Positions 10,951 through 23,951 of a stretch of DNA of 64,000 bases are shown here, in pieces. Position 1 is the first letter of the stretch, and each line of letters opens with the position of its first letter. Where the stretch lies: NCBI GenBank assembly GCA_003971905.1, contig RSEE01000129.1, forward strand, positions 1 through 64,000, written 5' to 3'. The stretch is from Moniliella sp. 'wahieum'. Lineage: Eukaryota. Below the pieces are notes generated by a model. It worked only from the letters and a program-made list of their open reading frames with translations, was not told where the DNA came from and did not search any database. The position numbers and the translations under genes were made by a program.

Positions 10951-13199
10951 GGCTGTGACCCCATTGCGTCTCCCTTTGTTCTCCCCTCCCGAAGTCGCGC
11001 CCCCCACGCCTCCGCTGCCCGCACAGACCGGCCAGGTCCTGACCCAGTATGACTGGGTGTTCCTTAATATGGAACCCGCATTGATCCCCGCCCAAAACTG
11101 ATCGAAAATGGGTCGAACTCTCGGCCTGGTCCCAGCAGCAGCCCCAAGCTCTTCCCCAACTCACTCCCGGTGCTGGCCGCAATGACCTCCACGACGCACA
11201 AGCCGTTCCGCACAGCGAACGCATTCCTCATCACAACCTTACTGCCGCCGACCATCAACGTCATTCATACTAAAGACGAAAACAATTATCCGCACGACCC
11301 TACTCAATACCAGGGCCATGATTCTCTCTACTGTTGTACATGTACGACGACGACCCCCACTCACACTTCTCTGGTATGATGTACTGACCGACGCGCTTGT
11401 GCAGGCCGGAACGTACAGGTATGCAGACGGAGATGGATCATCAAGAGTGTCCGAGCACTAGTGCAACCACATGGATCAAACCAGTGCCCGCTTTTCATTT
11501 ATATGTGGGAGATGTTAATGGTTCCTATTGAAGCGCCAAGTCGTATGCCTCCAAGCTCCGTCTCGTCTTGGCTCCAATATCCTGCATATTCGAGTACCCT
11601 CTCCCCTCTAATCCCAAATGGGAACCAAGTCCAAGGGATAGTGCGGCAAATTGTGCGTCGGCTAGACATTCGTTACAGAAGGCGATCGAGGCGAAGGGCC
11701 CGAGTGAACAAGAAAAGGTTCCAATGCGTAACGTGGCTCGACTTAAAAACACAATGTGCAAGGTGTGCAAACGCAACGTGCCAAGAGCCTGGACTTCTGC
11801 ATTGGGGATTGTATCACCTGACTGATGCTCTTGCGAGTCAACAATGGGTCAAACCACTCGCTACCCCTGCCTGAAATCCCCCAGTTGCCCCACTGGTTGT
11901 TCATTTTGCGGTTCGTGCTTGCAGCAACCCCTCCGCCATCTGTTTCGCTCGAGACGAGAGAAACGTATCTGGCACAGGCCAAACTCCCCTGGGTAGGTGA
12001 GCAGCAACGGCACCAGGCAAGTCATCCGGGGCGACAATCGGGGCAATGTGGTCGGTCAATGGTAGGACCAAGTTGGCATCCCGATGTCCGTCGCTTTGGG
12101 CAGATCAGTCTTGCTCTCCTCTTGGCTTTGCTCCACAGGCCAACGCATCGACTTGGGCAGCGAGGCGAACGTATGGGTGCACCAGGTGGGTGATCGGCAG
12201 CCAACGAGAGGCATTCGAGCCCGCCCCTCGTCATGGCACAAGGAAACGACGACGGTTTTGCTCGCCTGCCAGGATACGAAGCTGCTGCCTCCTGTGACTA
12301 CATCGCTCGGCTCCTGGCTGATCGAGAAAGCAGAAGCGCTCGATCCCAGCTGGAGGTCGGTGGTGCCCTCAAATCCAGCGTCCACATTTCCTGGCCACGG
12401 GGTCATGACTGGGTTGCGGGACATTCTGGCCACTATGGTAGAGCCCGAGCCATTCAACAACACTCAGCGAGTCGGGCGCTGCTACGCCACTATCACCCGC
12501 ACTGAGATCGCGATGGCAAACGCAGGTGCTCCAAAGAGCCCATCCATATCCAACGGCCTAACCCCTTCGACCTTCGAGACAAGACGCGCGGCGCCTATTT
12601 TACGTCGTATTTGCCATCCGCTCGCCGCCGTCCTGAGGCACACGCGCTGTGTAAGGAGATGAACACCTTGTTCGACATAGAGGCCAAAAAAAAGCACCAG
12701 CGTACAATCCTTGTGCAACGAGTGCGTAGCTCTGTTCCCTTGGTCTTCGCTGCGGGTGACTCCACCTGTGGTTACACATCCGCTGTGCAAGCTAAGGTAT
12801 AAGGATCACTGCATCCAAACGCGCCACCCCTGTAAGACATGGATCAAGGTGCTTTGCTTGATTTCCCTGCCGACCACGTTGCAAAACCACAGCCTAGGAG
12901 TCGGACTATGGTACTTTGGCTGTACAAGAATGCAAGACTAGAAGATGTGTATTCGCAGAACGTTCTGGACTGCGTGCGCTACTTTGGCTACGAATGTGTC
13001 CAAGGCGCTCTTGAATGGAGATGGGGCGGGCAATGGCAACTTATTCCTTCTCCGCATTTCCACCGCCACCTTATCCTCCGCCTTGCCCGCCGTCTGGAGG
13101 TCGTGGCGAATCATGTGCCCCCTTCCGTGATACGCGTGAACTATGCCGGTGGGAACTAGCGTAACACCAACAGCTCAGGCGCGCACGGGCTACGCCATG

Positions 13200-14837
13200 C
13201 AGTCGGTGCTCAGCCCAGTCTGGCAGCCGAAGCGGACCACCCGGCAGTTCCGCAGTCCCGATTCGGATCCATTGTGGAGTGCGCTGTGCTCTCGCCGCCG
13301 GGCAGCACAATGGTGCGGCGTCAGTTCAAGGAGGCGGCCGGTCGATTGGGAAGAGCGTATTTGGATCATCCCGATGATTACGCCGTGTTCAACCTGTTTG
13401 CCCTGTCGAAGGCGGATTTGCGGGGGGGGCTCTTCGGCCGACGTTGTGCCACCCTGAAGGCGTATCCGGAGGTGGCTTGACCGCCAACTATGGAGACGGG
13501 CTCTGCAGAGCGCCAGCGTTCCGATGATTTGACCCATGCACACCGCTAGGTCAAAGAGGGAATGCTGGGGCGTGCGGCGCGTACGCTGCGTCCCCAGGAT
13601 GCGGCGGTGGGGTTTGGGCCGGAAACGGTTGAGGCCCTGGGTGCGAAGCATCCTGCAGGCCCGAAGAACCCGCTGGCTGGTTTGGTGGTTCGGCAAATGT
13701 CGGAGCGGGACCCGCCTGGTTAAACAGGCGACACCGCAGCGGCGAACGCCGGTGAGCCACCCCCCCAATGGTTTTGGAGTTGGATGATAAGGACATCTAT
13801 CGCGCGGCAAGCAGCTTCTCCCGGGACGTGGGCGGAGGCGTGGGCGGATGGTCGGTTTCTTCTATAGTTGGCTTTAAAGCGCGATGACTTTAGAGCGGCT
13901 CTCAAGCCAAGGCGGTGCCATGTTTCATGGGACGTGCCCGGGTGCTCAGCTGTTGTGCACCAGTAGGTTGACGGCACTTGCGAAGCCTGACGGTGGAGTG
14001 AGACCGATCGCCTGTGGTGAACTTTACCGCGTAATGGCCAAGGCACTTCTTCTTTATTGGGATGTGGTTACTCCTCTGCTCCACACGCAGTTGGGCGTCA
14101 AGTCCAAGGGCGGGGTGGAGCCGATTGTGCGGCTTATGGATCGTTGGTTAGTGGGGAAGAGAAGGACCCGGCTTGGGCCAAGTTCAACTATGTGCTGTCG
14201 TTGGACTTTAAGAATGCGTTCAACTCGATCGACCGGGCAGCGGTGGCCCAGGCGGTGAGTGACTATTCGCCCGAGCTCCTTCCTTTCTTTCGTTGGGCTG
14301 ATGGGAAGCACACCCAGTTGGTGTTGGGTGGTGCAGGCGGCTTTGGAACCCTCCTGAGCCAGCAGGGAGTGAGGCAGGGCGACCCCTTTGGGCCCTTCTC
14401 TTCCGGCATCCGGGCTGCTCGAGCAGGCGCAGCGCACGTTGGGCGACGATGGGTTGGTGGTGTCCTATTTGGATGACACTTATGTATTGTCGCGCAATGT
14501 CAATGCGTTGCAGCTGGTCTCGCGTGTCGTGGCGCAGAGCAAGACGGGGCTGCAACTCAACCTGAGCAACACGAAGACTATCTCGACGCAGAAGTTGCGT
14601 CTGGAGGGCGGCACCTTCCTCGGCTCGTGCGTGGGTCCCAGAGAAGCTCGGCTCGCTTTTCTGCAGGCAAAGGTGGAGCCTCAGGCGGCGCTTTACCCCT
14701 CCTTGCACGGGATGTCGCTGCAGGACCCCTTGCTCTTGTTGCGCGTGGCTCTGCAACAGAACCTGCGGCACCTGCTCCGCTCGATGCAGACGGACGACCT
14801 GGCGGACCAGCTCCACCAGATCGCTGGTGCGAGGTGA
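13200..14837 (+). mobile_element. CRE-clade (MoTeR/Cnl1-like) non-LTR retrotransposon, RT region, truncated
   Basis: Frameshifted motifs GMLGRAARTL..ETVEALGAKHP, SRLTALAKPDGGVRPIACGELYR, QLGVKSKGGVEPIV, LSLDFKNAFNSIDR, QGVRQGDPFGP and VVSYLDDTY. Homology stops near 14837, before any C-terminal restriction-like endonuclease. Confidence 0.9.
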
Positions 14838-14839
14838 CG

Positions 14840-16700
14840 ACAATCGGGGGGGCGGATCCGAGCTAGGAGGACGGTCAGAAGTGGCACACGGTTCTTTTCT
14901 CCTTGCCAGCCCGTATGGGTGGCTTAGGCGTTCGGGCGCCACAGTGGTGGCATTCCGGTTGGTTCCATCCACAGCTACTGGTAAGGTGCGATTGGATATG
15001 ATGCCTTCCATTGCAGTAGGGAGCTCGTACCCCTGATGAGACTGGCTCACATCGCTCCTGTCCCCCAGGGTGGTGCCGTGGCCAAGATGGAATCGACGCT
15101 GTGATCAAGGCACACCTGGACGCGATGTGGTATATTGTCGGTCCGCTTCTGTTGAATGTTCACATCCGACACGCCTCTCTCGCCCCCACCTGCCTTGCCG
15201 CCTTGCCACCACGCCGAAGTGCCAGACGTACAAATCCTTTTTCACACTGTCATGCACGATGTACCCACAATCTGTTCATCAGGTACAAAGCCACCCGAGC
15301 CTTGCTGTACTGTACTGTACTAACCAGTGCACTAGACAGATCCGAATACGCTAGACGTGGAGAATAGCCGATGGAATGAGCAAATGGTCACCCCGCTATG
15401 TGCAGAGGCATTCCCCGCACCAGATTAACCACCCCGCCAGGCAACGACAACCTCGGATGGTGCCGGGGCAGGTTTGCCAGGGCCGTACCAACGTTGACCG
15501 GGGGGGCGCTGCAGATGAAAACAACGGACAGGCGCTGCAAGAACTTGAGGTGCAAGATAAAGGCATGGATCGAGTCATTACCAGCTTCTGCCGCAATGTG
15601 ATGCATGAAGTAGGGGCTGCGCCTGCAGATTGCCTCGCCCGAGCCGAGGAATGTTGATCAGATATGGGGGCGTGGAGGCAAACAGGATGAAGAGCTGTGC
15701 CGCTACTGATTGTCCTCCGGGATATGCTTGGCCGCGGTGCCCGCTTCTCGTTGTGCTTACCGACCCCACGATGGGCCCAGCGCCACCTTTGTTGGTGTGG
15801 ATACCTGGACGTGGTTCATATCCTTCTGCGGTGGCCCAAGTGGCTGACATTTCGGATTGGCCAGACGCAGTTGGAGCGCCCACATTCGTGCAGCCGTTGT
15901 CACATCAGCGTCCCTAAGCAGTCGTGCAGGGCGTTCAAGGAGAGAGTACCTCCACTGCGTGCTTTGGCCATAGGCAGCAGCATTGGCAAAGGCAAGGCAT
16001 GCTTCGCACTCGCCCGCGGCTTCGCCAACCGCGCAAGAAGGCGGCGGCGCACGCAAACCCAGCAGCCCCACGAACAACCGCCAGTCGACCGCCCCCGCCA
16101 CGCCGCCCCGAACAGCGGCTGTCCGTCGCATCCGCGCGTGGCTCATGGCGGCGGAGTGGGCTTGGCCAACCGGCTGAGGGTCCCCGTTGGGGCTGACGGG
16201 TAACCGCCTGGCTTGACGCGCCGAAGCAGTCGCAATTCATATATTCATCCGGATGGCTGCGGCCAGCCGCCTATAAGCCTGGCACCGCGTCCGATTTGAT
16301 CTCGTCGCGTCTGTGCGGCTTTTGCTTCTTCGCCACCAGCCATCACTTGCGGACCGCTGCGGCCCTCGTGCCTTCCTCTCGCTGCGCACCAAGGCGGATG
16401 CGTCACGGGGCGCACACTCCTTGCGTCCGCTTCTTGCACCCCATCCTTGTTCTTCAACACCCGAACTAGCATCGAGCGCGCGGCTGGGTTAGCGAGGTCG
16501 ACACTGCGTGGTGAAATACAAATCAACCTGAAGGCAGCCCACCCAGGGGGTGCCGTAACATGATGGGGGTGATGCCCGTACGTGTTCATACCTGTGCTGC
16601 CAAACCAAGCTACTGGCGTTTCACATAGCACGCAACAGACCGGCTGGCCAGAGGGGATGGGGTATGTTTGGTACGTTCATCTCCGAAGCACCTGTCGGCG
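14840..16700 (+). pseudogene. Copy 4 of the unidentified tandem paralog family (5' part abuts the retroelement)
   Basis: Intron 15283-15339 is homologous to 7437-7493. A degenerate donor GGACGT lies at 15807 and another intron at 16578-16628. Block 16020-16560 resembles copies 1 and 3. Confidence 0.5.
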
Positions 16701-19029
16701 TGTAATGCATCAGAAACCACACCCTACCGCACTGTTTTTTTCCCCTGGTCCAAGCCCAAGCTCCAGGTGAACAAGTTGAGGACGCGTAGCAGGCTGTCTT
16801 GCGGGTCTCCATGGGCTGAAATAGGCGGGAAGCTGGCGGTGGCGGAAGACACGCTGCGAGTAGTGCTTCCAGTGGGCCACGGCGCTGGCGATTGTTGCTC
16901 GCAGTGGTTAGTCCGAGTGATGGAGCAGGCGTGCGTCGCCCGAAGAGCGTTGCAAGCTTTACTAGAGTGAACTGACGCCCTGGCTGCCAAGCCCAGCAAT
17001 GGCTGCCTCTTCCCGCCGCTGTTATGAATACCCACGACTCGTCGACATCCATGCATCCGTGGATCTGTCCGACCCAGTCAATGCTAGTCCGATTGATGCC
17101 CACATTCTCCATTCCCCTCCTCCTTCAGCAGGCTGATCTGCCGTCATGGCCCCGTTTCCGTCATTCTCTCTGCCTCGTGCGTGGAGCCCCCTCTCCCTTC
17201 GGTCCGCTTTTTGGCCCAGCTTTTCCACATGTCCTGCGACAGGCATCGGTTTTGCTTCCTACCCTCAAGCGACTGCTACGCCTCTCCCTGCTCCTGTTTG
17301 GCCTCTGCTTTCCCTTCCCCGACGGACATTAACTCGCCCCCCCGCCGTATTGGACACAAAAGAGTGTTGCGTTCGGATGGTTAGTTCGCGTCGCGCGGGG
17401 GGCTTTGTATTCAAGCTGGGAAGAGATTTCAACTGGAAAAGTGTCACATGCCAGTGCTCTTGTTAGGTATTCTGGCTAAGCCCACGTGGGAAAAAGAAAA
17501 TCAACCGGGGCGGGGAACCGGGGGGGGAAAGAGAGCATAGGACGACAGAGTAAGTAGGAAGATGGGAAAAGTATCCCGACACAGGGTCGGATGCGGTGCC
17601 ACAGACCGGGGGAGCCACCATCAAAAGAGGGGGGACAACACGCCAGTCCCAGATCTCCTGTGGCAACCGCAGGCAGGTGCTTGGGTAAGCTTGGGCGCAC
17701 CGGCGATGTCGAGGAGGAGAAGGAGAGAGAAAGAGAAGCTGACAGGCTGAGAGGGCTTAGAGTTTGAGTGCTGAGGCTGAGGCGGCTGAGCGCTGGGGCC
17801 AACGTACGGCGGAAGCAGGGTGCGTCACGCGTGACGCGCGTCAAGCTTGAAGCTGCAAGTTTGATATGACGCCTGAAACTTGAAGCTTCTGGCAAGCTGA
17901 AACTTGGCACTGCACCGTGCGGGGGCGGCGGGCGGCGCTGGGGAAGAAGACGAGGCTGGCCGGGTGCCGGCGCACCCTGTCGCGCGCAACACGGGCAGCC
18001 CGAGGCAGCGGGCAGGCCGCATCGGGCCGACTGGTGCTCGCCCAGCGGCTGTCCCGCGTGGCGCTGCGGTGCGGCGGACGAGCGTGGGACTGGGCCGGCG
18101 CAAGAGCAGCGCGCGGCCCAAAAAAAAGGCAGGCGATGCAGGAACAGCGCACGTGCCGGCAGCCGAGTGCGCATACGTGCAACCCACACCCGCCATCCCA
18201 CATCCCCACACCGCCTTCCGCCGAGCATGGGTTGCGTGCTGCGGCTGCCGCCTGCTGCCGCGCGGAACGCTCGGGCGCTCGCATGGCGCAAGTCCGCGCC
18301 GCCCACCCTCCGCCCTCCCTCGCCCCACGCCTCCCTTGCCGCCCGCCCACGCCCTGCCCCGCCTCCCGCGAATCATCCGCCCATCCGCGCTCCCCTCGTC
18401 CCCTCGTATCCCTCCCCCCTCGTCTCCCTCTTCCCCTCGTCTCCCCCCCTTCCCCCACCACCCCCTCCGCGCCCTCGCCATGCCGCCATCCGCTCCCCCC
18501 GTCGTCGGCGTGCCTGAACCAACCTACAAGGCCCGCCGCGTCCAAGTCGCCGTGTCCATCTGGGCCGGCTGGGTGGCCCTGTACTTGCCCAGGTGTACAA
18601 CCTCGTCATCTACCCCATGGCCGCCGCCCTCTTGGCCCTTACCTCCTCGCTCCAGCGCTCCTACGCAACCGCCCACGGTGTCGATCTCCGCTCCTGCGCC
18701 GCCGATGTATCTCTCCCGCCCCGAGCTCCCCGCCCGCGTCCACGGTAACCGCCCCCGCCCCTCACCCACCTCCCGCCCAAGCGACGAGCCTGCTGCGCTC
18801 GGCTTACATGCGCGGTATGGACGGATACACGCGTTTGTTGGGAGCATTGACGAATGCAACCCGGGGGCTCCCGGACAAGCAACCGCTCAGCCCCTCGCCG
18901 AGCCGTGCCGCCGGCAGCGTTAGCGCCTCGTCCCAGTCGGAGCCTGCGCCGTCCAAGCTCTCTGCTGTATCGCATTCTCCACCCTACAGTCCATCCACGC
19001 CGCACGCAACTTTGTCCAACCCTTCCTCG

Positions 19030-20048
19030 ATGCGGGCGCCCCGCCTCCCTTGCCCGAGTGTTGGGGACACCGTGGCGCCTCGGGCGTGTTCCGGAGAATA
19101 CGATGGCCTCGTTTGAACGTGCGGTTGAAGACGGTTCCGAGGGCATTGAGACGGGTGTGTCTTTTTCTGATTTGTCTCCCTCTCACGTGGGAGCTCCCGA
19201 ACTAACACGGTACCCACAGATGTGCACATCACCCAGGACAACGTCATTGTCATGTTCCACGATCCTTCGCTCGAACGCACCACCGATGGGCATGGCTTGA
19301 TTCAGGACCAAAACTGGTACGGCGGGGTGGAGCTGGTCCGGACAACCAAAACGCCTGTGCAGCAAATCCCTCGGTTGAGCAACTATGCGACCTGATGATG
19401 CGTCCTAACTGCCGCCACGTCAAAGCAAACATTGACATTAAGCCGGAAAACGATCCGGCACGCCTGTTCCCGCTGATGGGCGAGCTGGTACGCAAGTACC
19501 CCAACTGGGAGACTGATTTGGCCCCACGTATCCTGCTTGGCTGTGGCATCCCAAGTTTATCCCTTATGCCGTGCAACACGTTCCCGAGCTGACGCGCATG
19601 CACATTGGCGGCAGCCCCTCCGTTGCGCGGCAGTACTTTTGGCCGTACGTGAGCGGTTTCAGTATGCAGTTTGCCTCCCTTCTTCCAGCGGAGGGGCAGG
19701 CGTTTTTGCGTGACGCCAAGGCAGCCGGGAAGACAGTGACCGCCTGGACGGTCAACTTGCCCGATGAAATGGTCGAGGCGTCACGGTGGGGAGTGGATGC
19801 CGTTGACGGACAACACGGCCACCTTTCATCGTCTGCGCGAAGATTTGCGGAAGGACTTTGTCGCGACCGAGCGCAAGTACGTCTCGCCGCTCTGGGCCTG
19901 GTCCCGCTGGCGCTACTACTCCTGGCCGGCCTGGGTGTTGCAGACGACGCGACTGGCTGTCCTGGAGATGCGCGCGAAACAGCCGTTTGCCTTTACGCCA
20001 GAGCAGTACGAGACGCTCGAAACGCTCCTGGAAAAAAAGCAAGAGTAA
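19030..20048 (+). CDS. Glycerophosphodiester phosphodiesterase (GDPD; Pgc1-like phospholipase C)
   Basis: PECWGHRGAS..ENTMASFERAVEDGSEGIET/DVHITQDNVIVMFHDPSLERTT, NIDIKPENDP, WTVN. Intron ~19155-19219. The true start may be upstream (~18480). Several indels. Confidence 0.88.
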
Positions 20049-20592
20049 CGACAAGTAGAACACATCTTGCCTTGGCCATCTGCCCTTGGAACGCATCGCT
20101 TTGGTATCGCCTCATCTCATTCAATGTACATGTTCATCGGGACTCTCCGGGCCCCGCGGCTGCTCCCCTGGGAGGGGCAGTGTGCCGTGTACCCGACCTG
20201 TGCGCGCTGAGCTCGGCGCTGGCTAGCGACTAGTGGCTGCGGGATATAGGGAGTGGCTGCGGCAGATCGATAGAAGGTGCCAGGGAGAACAGCGGGTAAG
20301 CGTACCGGTGAGGTGGCTGGGGGCCGTGCTATGATTGTGGCCACTCGTAAAAAGCCGGCGGAGCGCGGCCGGGGCACGGGCCACTGTGGTTATTTATCAC
20401 TAGAAAATCACCGCAGTCTCCACACTGGCGCCCTGGCAGGAGCGGGGCATGGACCAAATGAAGCGAGAAGAGACCGTGCTTGCTGGGCGGATGGACGCGG
20501 CAGGTTAAAGCGTCGGGTGTTGGCTTGTGGGTCTGCTCCTTTTCCATCCCCCCTAACCCCCATCCCCCTCGTGCCCTGCTCCGCTTACCAGG

Positions 20593-22225
20593 ATGCCTCT
20601 CGACATCGACGCGGTGCGTGCGCAGTTCCCTGCGATCCAAGCGAACCCCAACTTTGTGTTTTGCGAGAACGCAGGTGGGTCGCAAGTGCTAGGCTCGGTC
20701 GCCGACGGGGTGCGGGACTACCTGCTGGAGACGAGCATCCAGCTCGCGCCTACCCCTTGGCGCAACAGGCCATCGCATCGATCCAGGATGGCACTGCGGC
20801 AGCAGCTGTGTACGCCGATGCCGAATCGCCCAACTGCATAATGACTGCAGCATCCTCGACGCAGATGGTGGAGAACCTGTCACGGATGATTGAGGGTACG
20901 ATCATCCGACAACGGCGCGGGCTGTACCAAGGCCCTGAGCCCACGTGGAACGAGGCGATGAAATCATTGTCCCAAGCGGACCACGAGGCGAACCGGGGTG
21001 CGTGGCTTCGCTTGGCAGAGCGGCAAAAGCTGGTGATCAAGGAATGGCCATCACGCCTATCCCCAACGAAGCTGAGCGCAACCCGTATGCAGTCGAGCTC
21101 AATGTGGCATCGCTCGAGCCTCTGCTAGGCCCGCGGACTCGTCTCGTTGCCTTCACCGCCTGCTCGAATGTGCTGGGTAACTTGACGCCCATCAAAGCGG
21201 CTGCGCAGGCCGTCAAGCGCAAGGCGCCCCAGGCTTACACCATGGTGGATGCCGTAGCGTTTGCCCCACACAAGCGAGTGACTCCGCGGGAATGGGGCGT
21301 GGACATGGTGACCTGGTCCTGGTACAAGGTGTATGGCCCCCATACGGCGAGCATGTACCTATCGCCTCGGGTGCGTGGGGTGGTGATGGGCCCGGCCGAT
21401 GCGGATGAGAAGGACGCGCTGGGTGTATGGAAAGATTCGTACCTCCTCTGCCCTTCTCACCAAGAACAACCACCACTTTTCATTCGCTCGAAAGCATGTA
21501 TTCCTTCCAGCCTTCGAGCCAACAATATGAGTTGGTCGCATCCATCAGGTATGTTTCCTTTTTGATTTACTCTTAGGGTTGTGCTGGTGCTGTACAAACG
21601 AGACACTGACGACGCCGAATGCCTTTGTGCTGCGTGCTCTGCTAGGGACATTGTAAACTACCTCCTATGGATTGGCCAGTCTGGCAAGACGGCAGCGCCG
21701 AAGCGAGTGGACTATGCTTCGCTCTATCCTGACGCGGGTGGGGCTGGATACGCGAGTGCCAATGGATCGACGTCCACGGGGGAAGGGGCCAAGAAGCTGA
21801 TGACACTGCAAAACCAGATGAACGAGTCGTATGACGCGATCAAGGAGCAAGAGCGGGGCCTTCTGAGTGAACTGATGGGCTTCCTTACATCGGAAAAGAT
21901 GCGGGCCAAGGGGGTGCGGGTGGTGGGGACTGAGTCGGCGGATCCGAATGTGCGTGCCCCACGGTGGGCTTTGTGATTGTCGACGCGACTGGGCGGGCGG
22001 CGGGGGACAAGAGCCAGCGGTTTGCAGCAAGTGTTGATTGAGCAGGTGGGCAAGCGGATGGGGCTGCAGCAAGGGCACATGTACGCTTACGCGCTGCTGG
22101 TCGCACCGCCACTGTCGATTGCCGAGGCGGACGGGGTGGTGCGGGTGTCGTTTGTGCACTACAACACCATTGGTGAAGTGCGGGAAGTGTGCCAGGCGAT
22201 CGAGTCGGCACTGGCCGCACTCTAA
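20593..22225 (+). CDS. Class V PLP-dependent aminotransferase / cysteine desulfurase-like protein
   Basis: LDIDAVRAQFP..ENAGGSQV, SQADHEANRGAW, RTRLVAFTACSNVLG, VDAVAFAPH, SWYKVYGPH (PLP lysine), GVVRVSFVHYNT. Intron ~21549-21645. Confidence 0.9.
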
Positions 22226-23951
22226 AGAACTCAAATGAAAGAGGATCGATCTACTCGACAGCCGACTTGACGACTTCATGCAGTAGTGTGTGTACATGTA
22301 AGAGTTAGAGTATTCTATCTTCCCCGAGCGCCTCGAGCAATAATCGCTTAGGAAAGCCTCCTTTAGGTGAGGAGGCAATTCCAGTGCTGTTCTATTGTGC
22401 CGCAGTGAATGGTACACCATACTATAGGAAGGTTTAGGAGTATGTGATCGTATACTAAGCGTGGCAGCTATATCCTCTGTGCTATACCCCCTTCCTTTTC
22501 ATTCTTGCACTGGAAGTTCTTTTTCAGCTCACAGTCCCGTCTCAGCACCTTGATGCACCACCACCACCTCCTCAAAAGCCCACCGCCTAGTCACGCGCTC
22601 GACGATGGCATGTCAGACTCAGGAACAACGAACTACATTTGTGTCTTCTCTAACGGTCACGGTGTGGCCTTGCTGGGAATCGAGAGAGGGAATCGAGAGA
22701 GGGGAACCCAAAAATTCTCCGTCACCTGAAACATGGGGTGGGATTCGATAAACAGATGTATAGTCCGTAAACGGGAGTTTCTCACTCCTACGAATCGTAT
22801 CCTGTTATGCCCATAACAAGCTATAATAGTAATGGGGTAAGTAGTAGTGCTCCCAAAATGGAAGAGACCAAAAAGGGTGTGGGAGCGACTCGGCTATGTG
22901 ACATGTCACGCCTGTGGATCAGAGCCTGAGAATGATAGTCCCGACTTGTGCTGTTGTGTGCACACTCATGAACTGAATCCAGGTAGGCATTTGTATGGTG
23001 TCGGCGACAATAGACCGGGGAGCGATCCATAGGCAAATGTGCATCGGTATGATCTATTGGGAGACCCCATTCATTACGCAAAATCAACGCCCAGTTCCCA
23101 CTTGGTCTTCGTTATGGCGTCTTCGTTGTGGGAGCCGACGCGATAATTCGGAGGCCTGATGAGGAGGGGCAAAATGCCCACACTGGGTGATGAGTAGACG
23201 TTCTTTGCTTTTACCTCATCGGGGCCATTGCCCTAGGGAGGTGGATCTGTTCGATGTTTTTTGCATGCACGGCACCCCTTCCCACTTGCTCAGCTACCCA
23301 CGGCTTGGCGCCGCCGTCCTTTCCGCACCCTGAGGATCGCCATGGCCGTCACTTGCTCACACACCATGCATCACAAGTGGGTGTGGCAAGGACCGCCTAT
23401 TTGCCCGGCCTTGGGGTTGAGCAGGGTTAACCCACCTGGTGCCACAACAGGACCAAGACGGGCCTGGCCGGCCGGCCGGCCGCGGAGGATGTGAAGTGGA
23501 GACAGGTGTGGCGCCCCACGCACTGTCCCGCTCTCGCCGCCCGACGCCACAGGATTACATGCAGCCAGTGTGTGCCTGCCTGCGCCTGCCCCCCTCTGCC
23601 CCCCCCCGGCGGAGCAGAACCAAAGGCCGCACACTGGCACCACGCCAGCCGCGCACTGCTCCACTTGTGATAAAACCCTGGCCGATCAGCTCCGCTGCTG
23701 CATTAGCGACCAACCCAGCCACCATGCATCCAACATCCATCATGCATCATCTATCATCCCCCTAGTTATAGTAATTCGTACACGGCACACAGGAATCTGC
23801 GCTATGGCCAGGGCTGATTATTATGGTTATCGATTATCATGACCGACGAGTGGTAAGCATTGGGTCGACTTTTGGACCTTCTTCACCATCTTCTTCATCT
23901 TCACCACCTCCGCCTTCCTCCCTCTCCTCTTCACCACTTTTCTTCCCGGTC

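Noticed and set aside
4860..16700. KDZ, CACTA or Helitron transposase, or a secreted effector cluster, as the identity of the paralog family
   Set aside because: I could not find the diagnostic catalytic motifs, terminal repeats or convincing signal peptides.
17476..19116. Long overlapping Arg/Pro/Ala-rich ORFs
   Set aside because: These are expected in very GC-rich promoter DNA and have no family motifs.
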